DNA from: an uncultured Spirochaetota bacterium | GTDB lineage: Bacteria > Spirochaetota > Spirochaetia > SZUA-6 > Fen-1364 | Assembly (NCBI GenBank): GCA_963820525.1 | Contig: CAWGAA010000003.1 | Span: 416,001 to 480,000 of the forward strand | Length of the DNA stretch: 64,000 bases | Direction: 5' to 3' | Shown here: positions 57,843 to 64,000 of the stretch, one piece after another | Layout: each line of letters begins with the position of its first letter | How positions within the stretch are numbered: position 1 is the first letter of the stretch | Notes under the pieces: model-generated | Told to the model about the DNA's origin: nothing | What the model saw: the letters and a program-made list of their open reading frames with translations, nothing else | The model's database searches: none | Program-made: the position numbers and the translations under genes

Positions 57843-60262
57843 ATGATAGATCGAACGGCGAACCCCGGGGTCTGGCTCGCCCTTCCCGCCCTGTCGTTTA
57901 TCAGCTACAGCGTTCTGACCTTCGAAGTCTCGCTGACACGGATTTTTTCCGTGATTCTCAGCTATCACTTCGTTTTCGCGATAGTATCCGCGGCGCTTCT
58001 CGGCCTGGGACTCGGCGGGATGTTCCTCAAGAGCTGGCAGCACGCCCTCCCCGCCTCCCACTCGCGTTTCAGCGCCACCCTTTTCGCGCTTCTGGTGGCC
58101 GCGTCCATCCTGGTGATCATATACCTGCCGATCTACAATTCGAACGCTCTGGCCGGCGGCGGTTTCTGGCTGTACCTGCTGCTCGCCACCCTCCCGTTTC
58201 TCGCGGCGGGGCTCGCCATTTCCTCAATGTTCCAGCAGTTCGCGGGCAAAGGCTCATTGTCGTACGCGGCGGATCTCCTGGGAGCCACCCTCGGTGCGCT
58301 CACGGTCGTTCCGCTGCTCGACTCCCTTGGCGGTGTGAATGCGGTTTTCTTTGCAGCCGCGGCCGCCGGGCTCGGCGCCGTCATTCTGGGATGGTCCCAG
58401 GTCAGGTTCCCCGTCTTCGCGGTCGTCTCATTTCTCGCCCTCGGCTCCCTGGTGACGGTGCTCGCCACAACGGGCGTACAGGTGCCCGTCCCGGTGGGCA
58501 AGGACCGGAAAAGGAGATGTACGAGTTCCTGGCCAACCCTTCAATAAAGGCCGGCATCGTGGAGAGCCGCTGGAGCTCCTTTGGCAGAACTGATCTCGTA
58601 AAGAGCGAGCTCCTGCCCAATGAAATGACTCTCTTCGTTGACGGAGCGGCGGGTTCCGTGATGTACAACTTGGACGCGCTTCGAAAGAATCCTCAGGAGG
58701 CCGCGCACCTGACGCTCCACTATGGAGAGTTCTTCCCCTTCTTGTTCATCCCGGAAACCGAGAAACAGTCCGCCCTCATCATCGGCCCGGGCGGCGGCAG
58801 GGACGTCGTGGTTGCCCTGCTTGGCGGCGCGAAATCCATCACCGCCGTCGAGGTGAACCCGGACGTCGTGGACATTGTCAAGAGGTACCAGGATTTCAAC
58901 GGAGGCCTCTATACGCGGCTTCCGAACGTACAGGTGGTGGTCGCGGAGGGCAGAAATTACGTTCGAGCTTCCGATAAGCGCTACGACCTCATCATGCTCG
59001 CCATCCCTATAACAAAAAGCTCACGCAGCGTCGAGGGGTACGCGCTTACCGAAAACTACCTGTTCACAGTGGAAGCCTTCCAGGACTACCTCAGCCATCT
59101 CACGCCCCAGGGCCGGATCATCATCGTCGCGCACAACAACGCGGAGATCTACCGGCTCATTTTCATGGCAGTGGAGGCGTTCGGATCCCGCGGAATACCG
59201 CAGGCGGACGCAATGAAGAGGATCTATACCGTGGCTTCGGAGATGATGCCGGCCGTAGTCATCAAGGGGGAGCCCCTCACCCCTGAGGAGGCCGATGCCG
59301 TCCACGCAGGAATGCACAACCTCGGTTTCGACATGAATAGCTCCTACATTCCCTATGTGAAGCAGGACACGATTCCACCGAATACGCGGCTCGACCTGGA
59401 GGAAAACCAGCGGATGTTCGATCAGATCCTCGAGGAAATCTCAGCCGGAAAGATGAGCATAAGCGCACTCGTTCACGCCGCGAACAAGGATATAAGCCCG
59501 GTCACCGACAACAGGCCCTTTTTCTACAAGTTCGAGAGGGGTCTGCCCAATCCTTTCGGAGCGTTCGCTTTTCTTCTTGTCGTTGCCGCAGTGGCTCTTT
59601 CCGTCCTGGTCTTCTCCCGGCGGAGGGCAAACACGGATACCTCCACGTTCCGGGGAGCGCTCCTCGAATGGCCCTCCCTGAAACTCTTTCTGCTCCTGTT
59701 CTCCGCCATCGGCGTCGGATACATGCTGATCGAAATTGCATTCTTTCAGAAGCTGATGCTCTTCATTGGACAGCCGCAGCTCGCCCTCACGGTCCTTCTC
59801 TTCTCTCTCCTTCTGGGAAGCGGGTTTGGAAGCCTGGCCAGCTCCCTGGTTCGGCGGAATGTTTACCGGGTTATCGGAGGAATCGCGATTGCGGTTGCGC
59901 TCGCCACCGTGCTTTTGGCCTTATTGTTCCCACGGGTATTCAGCCTGGGTCTGGATCCGAAGGCGGCCGCGGCGGCGATGCTCATCCCGCTCGGGATCCT
60001 CATGGGGTTCCCGTTTCCCCTCGCCGTCCGGCTGATGGATGCGAGCGGCTTTGGAGACCACGTTTACCTCATGTGGGGCGTGAACGGCATCGCATCGGTT
60101 CTCGGCTCCGCCCTCTCCATGATCGTAGGGATCATGGGAGGGTTCTCCAATGCGCTATTCCTTGGGGCGATCCTTTACGCGTGCGCGGCCGCGCTGGCCC
60201 TGGCCTTGCCGGCCGGGAAAGCGCGGGCCGCCCGGAAGAATCAGAGAGAATCGGCGCCATGA
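57843..60262 (+). CDS. Polytopic membrane protein with a spermidine-synthase-like SAM-binding domain (frameshift at ~58505)
   Basis: YAADLLGA, IIGPGGGRDV, AVEVNP, EGRNYV, ENYLFTVEAF, TDNRPFF, WGVNG; adding one C (GAC CCG GAA) fuses the two ORFs. Confidence 0.8.
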
Positions 60263-60292
60263 TAGCGGTGGTGGAGGCACTGTAGGAAAGAG

Positions 60293-60997
60293 CTATTCAA
60301 GCTCTTTCATATCGACAAACCGCCCATGCCAGGTGTGGTACCAAACCTGGCCGGTATACCCGTTCACTCCCAACATCCCAAAGGTCTTTCCGTCCTTCAG
60401 CACGTGGATTGTATAGTAGCCATAGAATGCGTCCGCGCCTTCCTCGACTTTCAAACCGGCCCTCTGCGCGTCCAAAGACTTCTGGGCAAGCTCGCGGGCC
60501 TTGGCAGGGGTAATGGGCATTTTCGACTGCTGCTCCGGTTGATAGAGGCCGCTCATCATGGCTCCCGTCATCATGCCGTATTTCTGGTTCCACATCATAT
60601 TCGGCCCCGGCTCGTTGAAAACCGCGCCTGTATACTTGTTCAGAAGAAGCTCGAATGCCTTCATGCCCGAGCTCTTCTCCGCAACCTCTACATAGAAGTG
60701 GTTTGAAAACTCCATTACCTCGCTTAATTTCAGGTCGTCATTGCCCCATGCGGCGAGGTATTTGCGGGCCTGCTCGACCGCCCGATCCAGTGTCATCGGC
60801 TGAGCCCCGGGCGGGATGTAATCCCAACCGCCCATCATACCGCCGCCCATCATTCCACCGCCCCATGCGCCTCCAGGGCCGCCTCCCATCATGCCGCCTC
60901 CCGGACCGCCCATCATGCTCTGCGCCGAGATGCCCGTGGGCGCAATCATTGCGAGGGCGAGAAAACCTGTAAAAAACGCTCTCTTCATCTGAATCAT
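60293..60997 (-). CDS. Exported Gly/Met-rich protein with PepSY-like repeats
   Basis: Signal peptide, MMGG repeats, EPGPNMMWN, FYGYYT, VNGYTGQVWYHTWHG. Confidence 0.7.
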   Translation of the reverse strand: MIQMKRAFFTGFLALAMIAPTGISAQSMMGGPGGGMMGGGPGGAWGGGMMGGGMMGGWDYIPPGAQPMTLDRAVEQARKYLAAWGNDDLKLSEVMEFSNHFYVEVAEKSSGMKAFELLLNKYTGAVFNEPGPNMMWNQKYGMMTGAMMSGLYQPEQQSKMPITPAKARELAQKSLDAQRAGLKVEEGADAFYGYYTIHVLKDGKTFGMLGVNGYTGQVWYHTWHGRFVDMKELE

Positions 60998-61131
60998 CCT
61001 GTTACTCCTTCCATAGTCGGCCTCGCGCGGGCAGATATGCGAATGCACCGTGCCCGCTTCAAGAAAAGGAGACCGGCCTGTGCCTTGGGCCGGTCTCCAA
61101 AGCGTCGACTTTCCCGTCATATGCCCTTTGT

Positions 61132-61296
61132 CTACGCGTGGCCATAGCGGTGCGGGTCGACGTCGAACGTCTTCGCACAGCCAGGCGAGCAGAAGTAGAA
61201 GGTCTGTCCCTCATGAGTTCTTGCCGCCGCGGCCTTCTTCGGGTCGATCTGCATCCCGCAGACCGGGTCTGTTGCCAGCCCTTCGCTTTCCTTCAT
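61132..61296 (-). CDS. YHS-domain protein (54 aa, not in the ORF track)
   Basis: MKESEGLATDPVCGMQID...GQTFYFCSPGCAKTFDVDPHRY; ATGA-coupled to the upstream gene. Confidence 0.9.
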   Translation of the reverse strand: MKESEGLATDPVCGMQIDPKKAAAARTHEGQTFYFCSPGCAKTFDVDPHRYGHA

Positions 61297-62069
61297 TTCT
61301 TACCTCCCATGGTAGCGATTGATAATCCCGCCTTTTCCCAGGCGCTCATGCCTCCTTCGAGATTGAAAACATTCGTATATCCGGCTTTCACAAGTTCCCG
61401 CGCCGCAATGTCGGACATGCGTCCGCTTCTGCAATACACGACGATCTTCGCGGTTCTATCCGCCGGGTACGCCTTGATCCTGGCTATGGTCTGATCGTAG
61501 GGGATGAAAGCGTCGGTGGGGGCGATTTCCCCTTCATAGAGAACATGGACATTTATAAAGAAGAAATCTTTCCCTTTCAGCATCTGATTGAGCTCGGCCG
61601 GCGTGACGTTCATGTACGACCCTTTCTCAACGCGAACGAGAGTGCCGCCGGTCGAAACCTTGCCGGCGCCCTTCCATGTGAAACTGATGTCCTTTCCTCC
61701 CCCCACGCCTTTCATGGTGAGCGTCAGCGAACCCTCCGCCCTGAGCGGGCCCGCGGGAAAAGAGAGTCTTCCCGACACGTGGTGTCCCCCCTTCCCGCCG
61801 CTCCAGGCCGACGCAGACTCCTCGTTCCCCTTCTCGCTTCTGAGACTCGCGATGCTCGTCATATCAAACGCCAGATTGTAGGAATGGGTATCCATTATCA
61901 CCTGAAAGTCGATTGTCGGAGCCGCAACGTCCTCCAGATTGACGGGGGTGACAATGACCGTCACACCCCCCGCCTCCGCTGCTCGCTTGAGCCCCGCATC
62001 GTCTTGCGCCACAGCCGATGCCGCGCCCAGGACGGCGAAAGCTCCCACCAGAACAAGAATCCGGTTCAT
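61293..62069 (-). CDS. Exported His-motif domain fused to a rhodanese domain
   Basis: Signal peptide MNRILVLV; MDTHS and GGHHVSG; VYCRSGRMS...NLEGGMSAW. Confidence 0.8.
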   Translation of the reverse strand: MNRILVLVGAFAVLGAASAVAQDDAGLKRAAEAGGVTVIVTPVNLEDVAAPTIDFQVIMDTHSYNLAFDMTSIASLRSEKGNEESASAWSGGKGGHHVSGRLSFPAGPLRAEGSLTLTMKGVGGGKDISFTWKGAGKVSTGGTLVRVEKGSYMNVTPAELNQMLKGKDFFFINVHVLYEGEIAPTDAFIPYDQTIARIKAYPADRTAKIVVYCRSGRMSDIAARELVKAGYTNVFNLEGGMSAWEKAGLSIATMGGKK

Positions 62070-62566
62070 GCACCCCCCTCGTGAATGTGCTGCGCCCTGT
62101 ATTTGATTATCCTTCGAACCATCAGGGATATGCCTGCCAGTGAAACCGCCAGCCCAAAGACCATAAAGGGAACTCTGTATGCGGCCAGAAATACAGCCGC
62201 GCCGCTCAGCCCGAGAAAAGGCAGCAGGTCCGCCACGCGGTGGGCGCAGCACGCCACCATGACTGCCGTCGACATGCCTCCGCTCGCGCCGGTCATCGCT
62301 GCGCTTCCCCTCATGCGCACGCGGATAATCGCTCTCAGATAAGAGAAAAGACCCACCTGAGCTCCAAAGCCAGCCGTGATCGGTGCGATAAGAAACTTGT
62401 CCTGCCCGAGCAGCACCACCGCCTGGGTCCAGCCCTGCGCAAGTCCGACAATGACGAAGTAAACGGCAAGCATGGCCAGCGACGCGGCTAAACCCAGGGA
62501 AGCGGGGAGGCCCACCGTCCAAAATCGGCCTCCAAATCTTCCGTCAAATGACATAGTCCGGCTCAT
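62066..62566 (-). CDS. Membrane protein with ACCAH motif
   Basis: About four TM segments, MVACCAH..DLLP; start uncertain (62554-62599). Confidence 0.7.
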   Translation of the reverse strand: MSRTMSFDGRFGGRFWTVGLPASLGLAASLAMLAVYFVIVGLAQGWTQAVVLLGQDKFLIAPITAGFGAQVGLFSYLRAIIRVRMRGSAAMTGASGGMSTAVMVACCAHRVADLLPFLGLSGAAVFLAAYRVPFMVFGLAVSLAGISLMVRRIIKYRAQHIHEGGA

Positions 62567-62756
62567 CGACGGAAAAGGGATAGCGGCTGATTGCTTCAAG
62601 CACGAAAGCCCTGATCCCGGGGTCTATTGCGGCGCTCGCTTTGCGGAAGCGCTCCGCCGCCGTGTCACGGGAAAACTCTCCATCCGCGACGTCCATGAAC
62701 CACCGGCGAAGGCCCTCTCCTGGTACCTGTCTCACGTTTCGGATCTCCGCCAGCAT
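62544..62756 (-). pseudogene. Probable internally deleted conserved hypothetical gene
   Basis: MLAEIRNVRQVPGEGLRRWF joined directly to VADGEF...ERF...ID..IRAFV; the family is recalled as having a longer middle part. Confidence 0.35.
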
Positions 62757-62842
62757 TCGCACCGCCTTCTCTCGCGGCTGCCGCGGCCCCTGGAATACAG
62801 TGGGCCTTGACCTTTCCGCGTGCTTCAAATATACATGAAGAA

Positions 62843-62857
62843 TACCCCTGGGGGGTA
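62843..62857. promoter_or_regulatory. Candidate CsoR operator upstream of csoR
   Basis: TACCCC-TGG-GGGGTA. Confidence 0.7.
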
Positions 62858-62901
62858 GGGTGGGTAGAAATGTTAAAAAACTTTAATCAGGGAGGTGCTT
62901 C

Positions 62902-63258
62902 GTGAAGAAAGGGAGCTCAGCGATGATGGAAGCGGGAAAGACTCTCCATGCTGACGGCGATAGGGAATCGCGCCACAGAAAGGGTCCCTCTCCCGCTAAT
63001 ACGGATGCCCTCCGAAGATTAAAAAACATCGAAGGACAAGTGCGGGGGCTCCAGCGAATGGTGGAGGAAGAAAAGTACTGCATTGACATCGTAACCCAGA
63101 TTTCAGCGGTCCGCGCCGCCTTGAACCAGGTGGGGCTGCTTGTTCTTCGCAGACACGTAGAGCACTGCGTCGTCGACGCGGTCAAGAACCCCGATCCGAT
63201 GGCGGGGAGCAAGATAATCGATGAAATGATGAAGGTCCTCGCGAGGGGCGAGTTGTAG
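62902..63258 (+). CDS. csoR: CsoR-family copper-sensing repressor
   Basis: RLKNIEGQVRG, YCIDIVTQISAV, HVEHCV (C-H-C fingerprint). Confidence 0.9.
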   Translation: MKKGSSAMMEAGKTLHADGDRESRHRKGPSPANTDALRRLKNIEGQVRGLQRMVEEEKYCIDIVTQISAVRAALNQVGLLVLRRHVEHCVVDAVKNPDPMAGSKIIDEMMKVLARGEL

Positions 63259-63409
63259 GAAGGTGCGGGCCCGCGGACCCGCACCGGTTCGGTTTACGTC
63301 TTGCATGGGTCGCTCCGCAAGGGGCCGCGCACACTTCCTCACTGTCGAGGCACTGCATATCGAGCTTTGCATTGGGATAGCGCCCCCAAGGGGCTCGCGC
63401 TGCCGTTTC

Positions 63410-64000
63410 CTATCCCGCCGCTCCCTCGCTCTTGCGGGAGAATCGTGGTGAGAGGGCGCGCGGCCAGAATCCCGGGGTGGCCTTCCGATAGCGGGCGTAG
63501 TCCTCACCGAACTCCTTCAGGGCGTCCTTCTCCTCCCGGTGCGCGAGACGCAGGTACATGGCCACGAGGATGGGGAACATGATAAGGGTGGGTATCGTGG
63601 GCCACTGGATGAGAAACCCCAGCATAATGATGATGAATCCAAGGTATTGGGGATGACGCATTTGCGAGTAGGGCCCTGTCGTCGCGATGGCGTGGGCTTG
63701 CTGTGCCCGATAGAGGAAGCCCCAGGCGCCGCCGATGAGGAGAAACCCACCCCCGATCGCTATATCGCTCAGCCAGTGAATGGGATTGGCGTGAGGGTTG
63801 CCGGTGAAACCAAGGAGCGCCTGCCAGAGGTGACCGTTGTTGTGCGTGAGAACCCCCAGGGCCGGATAGCGGCTCCCCAACCACCCAGAGAGCAGATAAA
63901 CCGTGAGCGGAAAGCCGTACATCTCGGTGAACAGCGCCGCAAGAAAGGCGGAAAAAGCCCCGAAGGAGCGCCAGTCCCTGCGACTCCGCGGGCGGGTGAA
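63410..64000 (-). CDS. Isoprenylcysteine carboxyl methyltransferase-family membrane protein (5' end outside window)
   Basis: EMYGFPLT, TTGPYSQMRHPQY, LAHREE. Confidence 0.85.
   Translation of the reverse strand, partial: FTRPRSRRDWRSFGAFSAFLAALFTEMYGFPLTVYLLSGWLGSRYPALGVLTHNNGHLWQALLGFTGNPHANPIHWLSDIAIGGGFLLIGGAWGFLYRAQQAHAIATTGPYSQMRHPQYLGFIIIMLGFLIQWPTIPTLIMFPILVAMYLRLAHREEKDALKEFGEDYARYRKATPGFWPRALSPRFSRKSEGAAG

Noticed and set aside
49800..64000. Copper region as a defined mobile element
   Set aside because: Composition is patchy, but no transposase, integrase or boundary repeats are visible in the window.

Overview
GC-rich bacterial chromosomal segment. The gene content (UPF0158-GNAT, plastid-type acyltransferase, LacI-like-sensor GGDEF, TPR/transglutaminase-like surface proteins) suggests a free-living spirochaete; this is inference only. 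About 1-36 kb is mostly metabolic and housekeeping: methyltransferases, trpB2 with an unannotated WWWW leader-peptide attenuator, PDH operon, kdgK/eda, enolase and a sugar ABC transporter. The best candidate for an undescribed system is at 5.0-13.6 kb. There, five tandem paralogues of one unrecognised ~200-aa domain sit between a divergent TM-LysM gene and a convergent PPIase / PPP-type phosphoesterase / PI3K-HipA-like kinase operon. At 36.4-48.9 kb a 12.6-kb insert is bounded by ~158-bp direct repeats. It encodes an apparently inactive/active pair of transglutaminase-like TPR proteins and a 2257-aa lipoprotein with 288-bp tandem repeats. About 49.9-64 kb is a copper-homeostasis region (CopA, cupredoxin, CsoR with three candidate operators, two-component system, accessory genes). 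Three genes have single-base frameshifts that look like sequencing indels. No rRNA, tRNA, CRISPR array, integrase or transposase was recognised.
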